This document shows, in pieces, positions 18,086 through 28,142 of a stretch of DNA of 64,000 nt. The translations under genes were made by a program, and so were the position numbers. Origin of the DNA: a virus (taxonomy: Duplodnaviria; Caudoviricetes). The DNA is taken from the IMG/VR virus record IMGVR_UViG_3300011008_002712. The stretch is one strand, 5' to 3'. The notes below the pieces were generated by a model, which was given only the letters and a program-made list of their open reading frames with translations, was not told the origin of the DNA and did no database searches. The first letter of the stretch is position 1. Each line of letters begins with the position of its first letter.

Positions 18086-20047
18086 TTATAAACTACTTAA
18101 ATCTGCAGAGAATGCATTTTCTTCTATAAAGACTTTTCGTAATGAAGCATCTTTCCCCATTAAAATTTCAAATGTTCTTGCCGCTTCTTCTGCATCGTCT
18201 ATACTAATTCTCATTAATGTTCTTTTGCGAGGATCCATGACGGTCTCTTTAAGTTCTTGCGCATTCATCTCCCCAAGGCCCTTAAAGCGATTAACTGTAT
18301 ATTTTTCGCCTGGATGTTGCTTTCTATATTCTTCTAATGCCTTGTCATCTGTAAGATACAATGATGTTGTATCTTTTTTAATGATTCTATATAATGGGGG
18401 TATTGCTGCATATACATGACCATTTGTTATCAATTGCGGCATATAATAATAAAACAATGTAAGCAAAAGTGATTTAATATGACTGCCGTCTACATCAGCA
18501 TCGCACATCATTATTACTTTATCATATCTGATGTTATTAATATCAAACGATTTTCCAACACCACCACCAACAGCGGCAAAAATTCCTTTTATGATTTCTG
18601 AATTAAGAATTTTTCCAATGTCTGCTTTAGAAACATTTAATATCTTTCCTCTTAAAGGAAGAACGGATTGGAACTCTTTCCACCTGGCAGCTTTTGTAGA
18701 CCCAGCTGCAGAATCTCCTTCGACTATAAAAAGCTCACTTTGTCCGTCATGATTTGCACAATCTGCTAATTTGCCTGGCAATGCCATTTTATTTAAATTT
18801 TTTGCTTTACGTGAATTTGCTCTAGCTTGTCTAGCCGCTAATTCTGCTACTTTTGTCTTATTTGCCCTATCAACAATCAAATCAATTGTTTTACACAATT
18901 GTTTATTTTTGATTATTTTTTCAAATCCTTTTTTTAGTACATCTACAACGGCATCTTTTGCAATCGCATTTCCTAATTTTGTTTTTGTCTGACCTTCAAA
19001 TTCTGCATTCGTCATCTTTAACGAAATTGTTACATATAATCCATCTTCAAGATAACGCATCTCAATAGGTTCTTTTATAAGTTTTTTGTTTATCGCATAT
19101 TCATTAATAATTTCTCTATATCCTTGTCTAAATCCAAGCACATGAGTACCAAATTCATAAGTATTTACACTATTAACAAACGCTTTTACTTTCCCACTTG
19201 GTTCAGTTTCATCATCATGAATAAACGAAATATCTACATTAATTTTTGAACCATCAAGATTATCAAAATCACCTTTTATTGAAAAAGGATCTTCATAAAG
19301 TTTTTGTCTATTTTCTATCATTTGAAGAGTATAGCCTCTAATACCATCTTCAAAAAAGAAAGTTTTATTTATTTTTCGTTTATCATTGATATAATTGATT
19401 GTAAGACCAGAATTTAATGAAGCAAGTTCTGATAAACGTTGTTCCATCTTTCCATAAGGTTCTAATGAAATTTTATAAATTGTTTTATCTGGGTGATAAA
19501 AAATTGTCGTTCCAGTTTCATCTGTATCTCCAATTATTTCTACATCTGTAACTGGAATTCCTTTTTCAAATTCCTGTCTATAAATATGACCATTGCGTTT
19601 TACGGTCGCAATAAATTTATCTGATACCGCATTTGTAGCACATGCACCGCAACCGTGCAAACCGGATGTTGCTGTTTTATATCCAGAATCTCCCATATGA
19701 GAATATTTGCCGCCAGAATGTAATGTAGTTAAAATTCCTGTTAATGTATCAATTGGATTGCCATTATCATCTTTAAAAATTTTCGATAAACCAACAGGAA
19801 TACCTCTGCCTCTATCAGTTATTTCAACAGAACAATCTTTAAAAATATGAACATCAATTACATTACCATGACCAGCCATAAATTCATCGATTGAATTACT
19901 AATAATTTCAATGAGAAGTTGTTCTGTGGAATTCAAATTTCCAAGATACATTGCGGGCATTTGACGAATGACATCAATATTTTGTAAAGATTTAATCTGA
20001 TCTACATCATATTCTATTTTACTCATAGATTTTCCTCCTACTTCCAT
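18086..20047 (-). CDS. gyrB: Type IIA topoisomerase B subunit (GyrB/ParE)
   Basis: EIISNSIDE, DRGRGIP, LHSGGK, SGLHGCG, FEGQTK, VEGDSAAGS, PLRGKILN, DADVDG, RFKGLGEM; true start probably MSKIEY. Confidence 0.95.
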   Translation of the reverse strand: MEVGGKSMSKIEYDVDQIKSLQNIDVIRQMPAMYLGNLNSTEQLLIEIISNSIDEFMAGHGNVIDVHIFKDCSVEITDRGRGIPVGLSKIFKDDNGNPIDTLTGILTTLHSGGKYSHMGDSGYKTATSGLHGCGACATNAVSDKFIATVKRNGHIYRQEFEKGIPVTDVEIIGDTDETGTTIFYHPDKTIYKISLEPYGKMEQRLSELASLNSGLTINYINDKRKINKTFFFEDGIRGYTLQMIENRQKLYEDPFSIKGDFDNLDGSKINVDISFIHDDETEPSGKVKAFVNSVNTYEFGTHVLGFRQGYREIINEYAINKKLIKEPIEMRYLEDGLYVTISLKMTNAEFEGQTKTKLGNAIAKDAVVDVLKKGFEKIIKNKQLCKTIDLIVDRANKTKVAELAARQARANSRKAKNLNKMALPGKLADCANHDGQSELFIVEGDSAAGSTKAARWKEFQSVLPLRGKILNVSKADIGKILNSEIIKGIFAAVGGGVGKSFDINNIRYDKVIMMCDADVDGSHIKSLLLTLFYYYMPQLITNGHVYAAIPPLYRIIKKDTTSLYLTDDKALEEYRKQHPGEKYTVNRFKGLGEMNAQELKETVMDPRKRTLMRISIDDAEEAARTFEILMGKDASLRKVFIEENAFSADLSSL

Positions 20048-20295
20048 CTGTCGTTAATTTTATAGCCATTCAGTCTCAATGATAAAAATCCCAATTCACA
20101 TAAATAAGAAAGATAATTTTTTAATTCTCGATCACAAAAATTGATGTTTTTACTTAGCAAAATATCAATAAAGTCTTTTAATGTTTTCTCTTTATTTCTA
20201 TTTTCATACATAAAATCATAAATGCATTTACACATAATCTGATTGTCAGAACACCGATCATAGTTTATAAATGCATCATGACAAGCATCACTCAT
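20038..20295 (-). CDS. Hypothetical protein (possible winged HTH)
   Basis: 85 aa ORF with AAGGAG RBS; YLSYLCELGFL helix-turn pattern. Confidence 0.55.
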   Translation of the reverse strand: MSDACHDAFINYDRCSDNQIMCKCIYDFMYENRNKEKTLKDFIDILLSKNINFCDRELKNYLSYLCELGFLSLRLNGYKINDRWK

Positions 20296-20379
20296 GTTTT
20301 TAACTCCTTTCGAAGAAAAACGACAGATCTATTTGATTTCAAATTAATCTGTCTACAAAATTTTATTTTTGTTGTTTCA

Positions 20380-21192
20380 TTAAAAAACATATTTTTTTAA
20401 TCTTTTTGCTATACGCTTAATTGAATTACTATTAAAAGTTTCGGCTATATAAACTTTATCATAATTTAATTTACTAATTATTTCTTGCATATCTACATTA
20501 TTCATCGTATCTTTTTCTATGACAGCTATATTTCCTATGATATGTCCTGCTGCAAATTTTATGTCAGAATCTATAGATTTTTTACCAAACCCAACAGTAC
20601 GTAAACTCATAATTTCCATATATGTTTTTTTGTCAATACTAAGATTAGATATAATGGATGTATGAGTTATACCAGTATAAACTTCTCCATCATAGTAAAC
20701 AAAAGCTTTGTCTCTACCTTTTTCAACATATCCATTTTCAATTTCTACAGTATCATTTACATCATCTTCTATGTCTGGAAGTTCTTTAAGAGTTTGAATA
20801 GCATGTGCTAAACGTTTTGTCTTTTTCTCAGTCAAAAGATAAACTTTATCAAATCCATAATTTTTTAATGCCTCAGCAATTTCTGATGAATATGCATTAA
20901 CTATTGTGACTTTATCAAGAAAAGCGCAATTATTAATGATATGCCCAAAAGCAAGACTTGAATCAATATCAAAAAATCCTTGTCTTGCTCGAAGTAAAAC
21001 ATCGCCATTCAAATTATATTCTTTTGATACTTTATCTATTAAATCATTATGAGTCTGAGATGAATTTCCAATGTATATATCGCCATCATAGTACATGAAA
21101 CAACCATCTCTATGATTAATTTCCGGACGAAGGTCTAAAACATTTTCGTCATTTATTTTGTCATCTAAATCAACTAAATCATCAATTTTCAT
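20380..21192 (-). CDS. Hypothetical protein with two copies of a ~125 aa repeated domain
   Basis: RD..F.YYDG..Y...TH and GHI...A motifs occur twice; copies end KRLA and KRIA. Confidence 0.75.
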   Translation of the reverse strand: MKIDDLVDLDDKINDENVLDLRPEINHRDGCFMYYDGDIYIGNSSQTHNDLIDKVSKEYNLNGDVLLRARQGFFDIDSSLAFGHIINNCAFLDKVTIVNAYSSEIAEALKNYGFDKVYLLTEKKTKRLAHAIQTLKELPDIEDDVNDTVEIENGYVEKGRDKAFVYYDGEVYTGITHTSIISNLSIDKKTYMEIMSLRTVGFGKKSIDSDIKFAAGHIIGNIAVIEKDTMNNVDMQEIISKLNYDKVYIAETFNSNSIKRIAKRLKKYVF

Positions 21193-21371
21193 AATGCGTT
21201 ATTATTCACCTCCAAGGGATAACATCCATGTTGCTTTCTAAAATTCTCTCTTGCAACCTGCTTTTGTTTGGCGAGAGGCCAAGTCGGATCTATGGGTTGG
21301 GGTTCTACTTGCTTTCTATAGAAATCTATTTGATCTTCTAAGTTAAATTGGTTGAATATATTATTAAGCAT
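21189..21371 (-). CDS. Small hypothetical protein
   Basis: 60 aa ORF with GAGG RBS; stop overlaps the next ATG. Confidence 0.55.
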   Translation of the reverse strand: MLNNIFNQFNLEDQIDFYRKQVEPQPIDPTWPLAKQKQVARENFRKQHGCYPLEVNNNAL

Positions 21372-21373
21372 AA

Positions 21374-22210
21374 TTATTTCCTCTCTTTTAAAATATTAGC
21401 AACCCTTCTAAGTTCATCAAAATCATCAAAATAAATTTTTTCTGCGTAATTAGACAATGAATTCGCTACTTCTTTTCCAGATACATTTTCAGTATAAGTT
21501 ATGAAAGCAGAATTTCCACATATACTTCCAAATCCTAATGGAGGATTATTCATGTGTTCATTGATCAAATCTATCATATTATCTTCAGTGACATAAGTTT
21601 CATGAAATTTTTCTTCTAAAATGTCGGACAACACATGAACATGCCATTGATTTTCTTGGGATAAGTATAAATCCCCATCTAAATAAACAAATGCTTTATC
21701 ACGATTGTCAAAATCAATAATTTCATCAAGTTGCAATGTGTCTCCAACCTTATCATCTGTGTAATCAGCTTCATAAGCATTAGATATCTCGTGCATTGAT
21801 GCAACGCGCTTAATTGTGTCATTATAATAATCATAAAAATATACTTTTTTGAAGAATTGACTTAACTTATCTATTACATCTTTAACGTTGCAACGAAACA
21901 TCGTGTTTTTTTCAATAAATGCATAATCATCAACTACATCACCAAGAGCAATAGCCGGACCAAGTTCTCTTAGTTGTTGTTCTGTTGGACGTTCATTAAA
22001 ATCTTCTGAATTAATATGAAGCTTAGACAAATATTGATTAATTGCTTTATAATGTTCATCTGCAAAATAAATGTCCCCATCAATAAAAGCAAAAGCGTCA
22101 TCTCTGATTCCGTTGTCAATGACACAGTCTATTTCAAATTCATCACCAATGTTATCATCTTTATATAATTCGTCTAAATTTCTTCTTTCCATTGCATTTC
22201 TTCTAAACAT
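21374..22210 (-). CDS. Hypothetical protein with two copies of the same repeated domain
   Basis: DD.(I/V)GD...RD.AF...DGD.Y...H motifs occur twice; copies end KRVA and RRVA. Confidence 0.75.
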   Translation of the reverse strand: MFRRNAMERRNLDELYKDDNIGDEFEIDCVIDNGIRDDAFAFIDGDIYFADEHYKAINQYLSKLHINSEDFNERPTEQQLRELGPAIALGDVVDDYAFIEKNTMFRCNVKDVIDKLSQFFKKVYFYDYYNDTIKRVASMHEISNAYEADYTDDKVGDTLQLDEIIDFDNRDKAFVYLDGDLYLSQENQWHVHVLSDILEEKFHETYVTEDNMIDLINEHMNNPPLGFGSICGNSAFITYTENVSGKEVANSLSNYAEKIYFDDFDELRRVANILKERK

Positions 22211-23318
22211 GAATAATCAAATAATTGTTATTTTTTAAAGCAATACACAAATTGTTGCCGTTTTTTAATTTAATCGAATACATTGGCTGTTTTTCTTCAT
22301 ATTTCATAATTTGTGTAGAAACTACTTTATGATTATAATTATTGACATGATTCATGTAATTATGAAAATTTTTAAAATATTTTTCTATTTTTGAAAATGG
22401 TTGAGCTTTAATATGAAGTTGTTTTTTCTTTTCTTCATAATTGAACTCATTAATTTCTTTTCCTTCATCTAACAAAAGACGGCCTATTTTTGCCATATTA
22501 TCTTTTTTTATTGCTTTTCTTTCATCTGGAGTTTTAGTCAATTTGTTATATTCACTTTCCGTTAGATGATTCTCATATTCATATGATAAAATTAAAAATT
22601 CATCAAATGTTTCAAAATATTTGTCTATCAAAAACAAACTAATAGGATATCTAAGAAAGCCCAATATTTTTTTAGATTCTATTAAATCTTTGTCTAATAT
22701 AAAATACTTTCTTATTAAACAAGCTGCTGATGCCAAAATAACATTTCTTTTTTGATCGTTATTAAAATTTTTATCTCTTTCTGAATTATATTTATTTATT
22801 TTTTCGCGTTCATGAAATGTTTTATGCTTATTTGAATCTAGCCACATCAAATTAGTTGGATTATTATTAAAATGATTTTCGTCTATGTGATGAATATCAA
22901 AACCTCCAACATCTGTCTTAGGTTCCATATAATTCATAACAGCATGATGAGTAAATATGTATCTATTTTGAACAAAATCATAAAACATTTCTCTATTAAA
23001 ATTATATTCTTCTTTATTAATTTGAAAATTCATTGGAAGAAGACTATCTCCGTTTTTAAGAAGATTAGCACATGAAATACTTATGTCTCTTTTGACAAAC
23101 AAATGATTTTCATCACTTTCTATATAGTCTCCGCAATCAATTTTTGTAATGAATGTATTAAAAGAATAAGATTTACTTATAGATTTTATTTTTGATGGGA
23201 AAAATTGATAATTTTCATCTATAGAATAGACAAAAAAATCATCTTTCTTTTTAAACATATCATCTAATGAAAGAATTTCACCAGACAATAATTTTATTTT
23301 TGTATTTCCATGCAGCAT
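22203..23318 (-). CDS. Free-standing intein-like (Hint) protein with HNH endonuclease
   Basis: Block A-like MLHGNTKIKLLSG, LLKNGDSL, HNH motif IHHIDENHFNNNPTNL, and block F/G-like NHKVVS...MYSIKL...IIHV-stop. Confidence 0.8.
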   Translation of the reverse strand: MLHGNTKIKLLSGEILSLDDMFKKKDDFFVYSIDENYQFFPSKIKSISKSYSFNTFITKIDCGDYIESDENHLFVKRDISISCANLLKNGDSLLPMNFQINKEEYNFNREMFYDFVQNRYIFTHHAVMNYMEPKTDVGGFDIHHIDENHFNNNPTNLMWLDSNKHKTFHEREKINKYNSERDKNFNNDQKRNVILASAACLIRKYFILDKDLIESKKILGFLRYPISLFLIDKYFETFDEFLILSYEYENHLTESEYNKLTKTPDERKAIKKDNMAKIGRLLLDEGKEINEFNYEEKKKQLHIKAQPFSKIEKYFKNFHNYMNHVNNYNHKVVSTQIMKYEEKQPMYSIKLKNGNNLCIALKNNNYLIIHV

Positions 23319-23338
23319 GTTTGTTACCTCATTTATTC

Positions 23339-24322
23339 TTAAATGTCAGCTACACGTTTAATATTATATTTATCAGGATAAGTATAAATTTTCTGTACTT
23401 TCCCTCTTAACGCATTTACTATTTCATTAACGTTGCATCCATCTAGCGTATCTGTCTCAATAAACGCAACGCCATTAGATATATGACCAAACCCCAATTT
23501 ATTTATTGGCATGTATTCTTCTATATCGTTTTTAGATGGACGGCCATAAGCTTCGCTATTTTCAAATTTAATATTCTTAGATTTAAGATACTTTTCAATG
23601 ACTTTACCATGCGTTGACGCTGCATTATCTCCCAATATTAACTCACCATTAATATACACAAAACAATTGTCTCTAGTATCATATTCTATTTCTCTAGAAA
23701 GAACAGATTCATCTCCAATTTTATCATCAACATCAATAACTTCATTAGCAAACAACGTATTAAAAGCTTGATTAAAATCTCTATCTGATTGACAAATCTG
23801 ATCATAATTATTTTCTGTAACTTCGACAATTTTACAGCCTTGTCCCAAATAGTAACTAAAGTTAAACAAAAGATATACATAAATTTCGTTATTCAGAATA
23901 TAAATATTTGTATCTTCTTCTATATTCTTTTTTGTTTTTTCTTCGTCACACAACGACAAAAAATCAACATTATGCTCTTGAATATATTTGCCTAATTCCG
24001 ATTTTGAAGACAAATTGTTTTTTGTTTTATATCCAGAAACCAATGTATTATAATCTTTTTCTTTAAAATTTTTATCTTTTATAAATTCTAAAACCTTATC
24101 TTTTTCTGGTATAACATATTTTTGACATTGCCACAATTCGGTAGTTATAGTTTTATATAAATAATCAATTATTTCTTGTTTTCCAGAAGCTTTACCATAA
24201 AATCTTATTTGACTATCTTTTATAATATCTCCTTTTCTTAAATCTTTTGATTGAGATATTGCTTGTTGCAAAGTAGCTGATTTTTCTTGAAAAATTAAAT
24301 GTCTTTTTACAAGCCTTTTCAT
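23339..24322 (-). CDS. Hypothetical protein with a C-terminal copy of the repeated domain
   Basis: Start MKRLVKR at 24322 with AAAGGAGG RBS; DDKIGDE...RDNCFVYING...TH...GFGHI...KRVA. Confidence 0.75.
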   Translation of the reverse strand: MKRLVKRHLIFQEKSATLQQAISQSKDLRKGDIIKDSQIRFYGKASGKQEIIDYLYKTITTELWQCQKYVIPEKDKVLEFIKDKNFKEKDYNTLVSGYKTKNNLSSKSELGKYIQEHNVDFLSLCDEEKTKKNIEEDTNIYILNNEIYVYLLFNFSYYLGQGCKIVEVTENNYDQICQSDRDFNQAFNTLFANEVIDVDDKIGDESVLSREIEYDTRDNCFVYINGELILGDNAASTHGKVIEKYLKSKNIKFENSEAYGRPSKNDIEEYMPINKLGFGHISNGVAFIETDTLDGCNVNEIVNALRGKVQKIYTYPDKYNIKRVADI

Positions 24323-24392
24323 AAAAATGCCTCCTTTTTCTATTATACAAATAGATGAAACAAACTGAATTAAACCAAAGGTGAAATATGAT

Positions 24393-24743
24393 ATGAATTT
24401 AATTAAATTGCGCATTAAATTATCATCAAAAATAGAAGATTTTTTAAAAAATTTTTCATATGATTTTTTTGAAAAACATAAAAATGACATAGTTAATCTT
24501 GTCAAAAATGACAAGAACTATGCCAAAGCAACAATTAATTTTTATTTAGTTGGAATTTTATCAAACGATCCACAAGTAATAGATTTTGCAAAATCTTATC
24601 ATTATAGTCCAATAAAAATGGCATCTGTCATTGCAAATCATCCAACATTTCAATTTGTTTGTAATCAATTAGAACAAAATGCATTAAATCATTTTGGAGA
24701 AAATAACATTGATTTGCAACCTCCTTGGGATGCGAAATATTAA
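24393..24743 (+). CDS. Hypothetical protein (only clear plus-strand gene)
   Basis: AAGGTGA RBS before the ATG at 24393; fills the gap between a divergent start and a bidirectional terminator. Confidence 0.65.
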   Translation: MNLIKLRIKLSSKIEDFLKNFSYDFFEKHKNDIVNLVKNDKNYAKATINFYLVGILSNDPQVIDFAKSYHYSPIKMASVIANHPTFQFVCNQLEQNALNHFGENNIDLQPPWDAKY

Positions 24744-24744
24744 T

Positions 24745-24770
24745 GAGGAGGAGAATTTATTCTCCTCCTC
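24745..24770. terminator. Hairpin between convergent genes (bidirectional terminator candidate)
   Basis: gaggaggagaat-tt-attctcctcctc palindrome. Confidence 0.7.
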
Positions 24771-24775
24771 GTAAA

Positions 24776-26641
24776 TTATTTAAGAATTTCTAACAATTCT
24801 TCTTCTGTATAAATAATTTTAACATCATTTTTTTCTGCAGCTTTTAGTTTATTCCCTCCAGCTTTTTCTCCAACAAGAAGATAATCCGTTTTTTTGGTTA
24901 TGCAAGTACCAAATATATGACCATGAGAAACTATCAAATCTTCAAAATAGCTCCTCGGCTTATCAAATGTTCCAGTAACAACTATCGTCAAAGCATTCTC
25001 GTTTTGTTCATGCCTTTCTTCAACATCTTCTGGTATAATATATTCGTGTAATTTTTCAATGTCTTGGAGGGCACTAGAAAGATGACGAGATACAATTCCG
25101 CCGATGCCGTTGATATTTTTTATGTTATTACAATTATTTTTTACTTCTTCAATCAAATTATCATATGTTTTTATATAATCTGCTATGTCTTTAGCTGTAG
25201 CTTTGCCAATATTGTCTATTCCAAGGCAATATATAAATGTACTAAGTGGAACATGTTTTTTTGCGTTTTTAATATTATCTGCTAATTTTTGTGCGGATTT
25301 TTCAGCAAAACCAGGAACTGATAAAAGTTGTTCTTTTGTTACATCAAAAATATCGTGCCAAGAATTAAATTGCAATGTATCAAGAATTTTTTCAGCCGTC
25401 TTTTTAGAAAGTCCTCTAATATCTAGAGCTGGTTTTGATGCAATATATTGTATATGCAATTTCATTTTCCCCAAACAAGCATCATTATCGCAATATAGCA
25501 TTGCATCTTTCCTTATGATTTGACCGCCACAGACCGGACAAATTTTAGGTATCTCAATTTCTTTATAACCGTCATTTAAAACTTCTACAACCTGAGGAAT
25601 GATTTCATTTGCTTTTTCAACCAACACCTCAGAACCAATCATTAAATGTTTTGCTTCAATCCAATCAAAATTATGAATAGATGCTCTTTCAACTTTAGTC
25701 CCAGCAAGACGAACTGGTTCCAAAACTGCTACTGGAGTTATTTTTGTTCTTCCAATACTAAATTCTACATCTTTAATCCTTGTCTTTTTTCTTTCTGGAG
25801 GAAATTTAATTGCTATAGAATCTTTAGGATGATGTCCAGTTACGCCATATTTTTTATAACTATTTTCATCTAAACATTTCATTACAAGCCCATCAATATC
25901 ATAAGATAAAGAGTTTTTATCAAATGTTTGAATAAAATCTATCATTTCATCAAAGTCATTAAAATACCATGTATCTGGAGTTTCATACCCAAATTTTTTA
26001 AGCAATCTCAAATCGTCTTTGTAGGAAAGAACATGTCCTTTAATATCTTTATCTTTTTTTCTTATTTCATAGGCAAGAAAATGAATTGGATAATACTTTC
26101 CATCATCTAGATTATGCAAAATACCAGCTGCTGCATTTCTAGCATTTTCAAATAATTCTAAGCAATTTTTTTCTCTAGATTCATTAATTTGAATAAATGT
26201 ATCTTTATCTATAAACGCTTCTCCTCTTACGACATATCCAGGCGCGGATCCCATGCTAATTTTATTGGCAAGTGGCAAGATATCTCCTTGTATTCCTGTA
26301 CCACGCGATACTCTTATATTATTTTGATAATCTACTAATGTCAGTCCGTCAATTTTTGGTTGGATCATGACATTGCTTCCAAATTTAACGAAATATTTTT
26401 CAATTTCTTCTACATCTGAAGATTTTACTTTTTCAAGAGACATCATATCAAAATCATGTTTGCGTTTAGCAAAATTATGATTCTGATCACTTGGAATATA
26501 ATTCAAATCTTTTGCTCCATATTGTGAAATATAATCATTTCTAATCTTATCATATTCACTATCGCTTACCAACGGATGATTATTTTCATAATAAGCAACA
26601 TCATACATATTGATAAGATTAAGCATCTCCTGTTTTGTCAT
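24776..26641 (-). CDS. ligA: NAD-dependent DNA ligase
   Basis: YY...VSDSEYD, PKIDG, SRG.G..G, RGE, NARNAAAG, DGLV, C4 Zn finger, HhH motifs, BRCT (VVTG...KKTDYL). Confidence 0.95.
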   Translation of the reverse strand: MTKQEMLNLINMYDVAYYENNHPLVSDSEYDKIRNDYISQYGAKDLNYIPSDQNHNFAKRKHDFDMMSLEKVKSSDVEEIEKYFVKFGSNVMIQPKIDGLTLVDYQNNIRVSRGTGIQGDILPLANKISMGSAPGYVVRGEAFIDKDTFIQINESREKNCLELFENARNAAAGILHNLDDGKYYPIHFLAYEIRKKDKDIKGHVLSYKDDLRLLKKFGYETPDTWYFNDFDEMIDFIQTFDKNSLSYDIDGLVMKCLDENSYKKYGVTGHHPKDSIAIKFPPERKKTRIKDVEFSIGRTKITPVAVLEPVRLAGTKVERASIHNFDWIEAKHLMIGSEVLVEKANEIIPQVVEVLNDGYKEIEIPKICPVCGGQIIRKDAMLYCDNDACLGKMKLHIQYIASKPALDIRGLSKKTAEKILDTLQFNSWHDIFDVTKEQLLSVPGFAEKSAQKLADNIKNAKKHVPLSTFIYCLGIDNIGKATAKDIADYIKTYDNLIEEVKNNCNNIKNINGIGGIVSRHLSSALQDIEKLHEYIIPEDVEERHEQNENALTIVVTGTFDKPRSYFEDLIVSHGHIFGTCITKKTDYLLVGEKAGGNKLKAAEKNDVKIIYTEEELLEILK

Positions 26642-26666
26642 AAAACCCGCCCCTTTCTTAATGTTA

Positions 26667-26695
26667 ATTATAACATATAGATTAATTTTTGTATA
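26667..26695 (-). promoter_or_regulatory. Sigma70-type promoter for ligA
   Basis: TATACA-N17-TATAAT with extended -10 TG. Confidence 0.55.
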
Positions 26696-26722
26696 TAGCT
26701 TGCGTTAAAAATTCAAAAAAAT

Positions 26723-26754
26723 AAAATGCTATAGTTACAATTCTATAGCATTTT
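26723..26754 (-). terminator. Terminator after the holin-like gene
   Basis: aaaatgctatag...ctatagcatttt stem. Confidence 0.65.
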
Positions 26755-26757
26755 GTT

Positions 26758-27108
26758 TTATTGACGACTTTTATCAATAGGCAATTTTAACGTATCTTCA
26801 AAAATCTTTTTTGCAGCTCCATTCCCACCTAATGCAGAATACGATTCAAACAATTCTGAAACATTTTCTAGTTGTTCTACAGTAATAGACCCCTTTACTT
26901 CGCATTGTGAGCAAACATATAGTAATCTATCTCTTAATATAGCTCTAATACCATTTTTTAATGCTAATTCTTCTTTTGTTATTTTATCTTCTGCTGCATC
27001 CCTGCGTTCTTGTTCTTTTGCTATTTTTTTACCTAAATATGCAACTACTACAGATAAGACTGAGGATACGATCATGAATATTATTTGTAACCAAACCGGA
27101 ATATCCAT
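26758..27108 (-). CDS. Putative holin-like membrane protein
   Basis: Single N-terminal TM helix, GIRAILRDRL and Y.ALGGNG motifs typical of Firmicute phage holin-like proteins; AGGAGG RBS. Confidence 0.65.
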   Translation of the reverse strand: MDIPVWLQIIFMIVSSVLSVVVAYLGKKIAKEQERRDAAEDKITKEELALKNGIRAILRDRLLYVCSQCEVKGSITVEQLENVSELFESYSALGGNGAAKKIFEDTLKLPIDKSRQ

Positions 27109-27215
27109 GTATATGAACCTCCTGCATCCATCTCGGATCTTCGCGTTAAAATCTCTATAAAAAAGTAATATTTTTTTATTTAAGTTTTAACACTTAATGC
27201 TCTAAGTAAGAAGAA

Positions 27216-27701
27216 TCAGATCCAAATAGAATCAAAATAATCTACAAATAGTTGCAATCCTAAATTTCTTGCTTGAAGTTCATCGCTCGTCATAATTTCA
27301 GAACTATGAGCTGCTAATTGAAACGCATATATCATTTTATCTATTATGTCATTCCAGCATTCTAACGCTTTTTCACTATCATTATATTTCATGTGGATTG
27401 ACTGAGGAATAGAATATGATTTCTTTTTAAATCTTATCAGAGTTTCAGCTATTATACTCGCAATTACATCATTAGTATTCCATTCTATGTCTGAAATGTC
27501 TTTTATACAATGATAATCTTCTTTGTCTCCGGTAAGAAATCTAATTACAGCAAGCATTTTTTGTTTTTCTTCTCTGTTTTTTCTTTTGCAAAGATGTAAT
27601 CTTTTTTTTAGATTTTCATTTTGTTTTTTCAATTCATCATTTTCTATTTTCAATTTATTCATTAAAATCACCCATTTTATTTTAAAACAAAAGAGAGACA
27701 T
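27216..27701 (-). CDS. Hypothetical phage protein
   Basis: Coiled-coil N-terminus; W..IIDKMIYAF...GLQLF..YF..IW C-terminus. Confidence 0.65.
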   Translation of the reverse strand: MSLFCFKIKWVILMNKLKIENDELKKQNENLKKRLHLCKRKNREEKQKMLAVIRFLTGDKEDYHCIKDISDIEWNTNDVIASIIAETLIRFKKKSYSIPQSIHMKYNDSEKALECWNDIIDKMIYAFQLAAHSSEIMTSDELQARNLGLQLFVDYFDSIWI

Positions 27702-27704
27702 AAA

Positions 27705-28007
27705 TTAGTCTCTCTGATTATTTTCTCCGTGTTCAATTTTTTCTTTCAAAGAAGAAGATACTACTAATTTAAGAGCGCGTTTTGGAGGAATAACAAGTCT
27801 TTCATGTGTCGCTGGATTTCTTCCAGATCTAGCTGCCCTTTGGACTGTTTTGAATGTTCCAAACTTAGTATGATTATAGCTATCGCCTTCAATAAGACAT
27901 TCCGCCAATGTATCAAATAACGCATCTACACATAATTCTACTCTTCCTTGAGTAAGTTCTCCATTCAATTTTGAATGAATTCGTTTTATCAATTCGGGTT
28001 TTTTCAT
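27705..28007 (-). CDS. hup: HU/IHF-family DNA-binding protein
   Basis: MKKPELI, FGTF, RAARSGRNPAT. Confidence 0.9.
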   Translation of the reverse strand: MKKPELIKRIHSKLNGELTQGRVELCVDALFDTLAECLIEGDSYNHTKFGTFKTVQRAARSGRNPATHERLVIPPKRALKLVVSSSLKEKIEHGENNQRD

Positions 28008-28110
28008 TCATTCACCTTCAATCTTTCTGATGAAATGATACCGCAAATTTATCATACAATTAAAAAATAAATAAAAAATCTTGATTTATTACAAAGATAA
28101 TGGTTCTATG

Positions 28111-28142
28111 AAAAAAAGAGCGGAGAATTCTCCGCTCTTTTT
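28111..28142. terminator. Terminator
   Basis: aaaaagagcggagaa/ttctccgctcttttt palindrome with A/T runs. Confidence 0.75.

Noticed and set aside
24323-24514. N-terminal 64 aa extension of the 23339-24514 ORF
   Set aside because: The strong RBS precedes the ATG at 24322, and the extension overlaps the plus-strand gene
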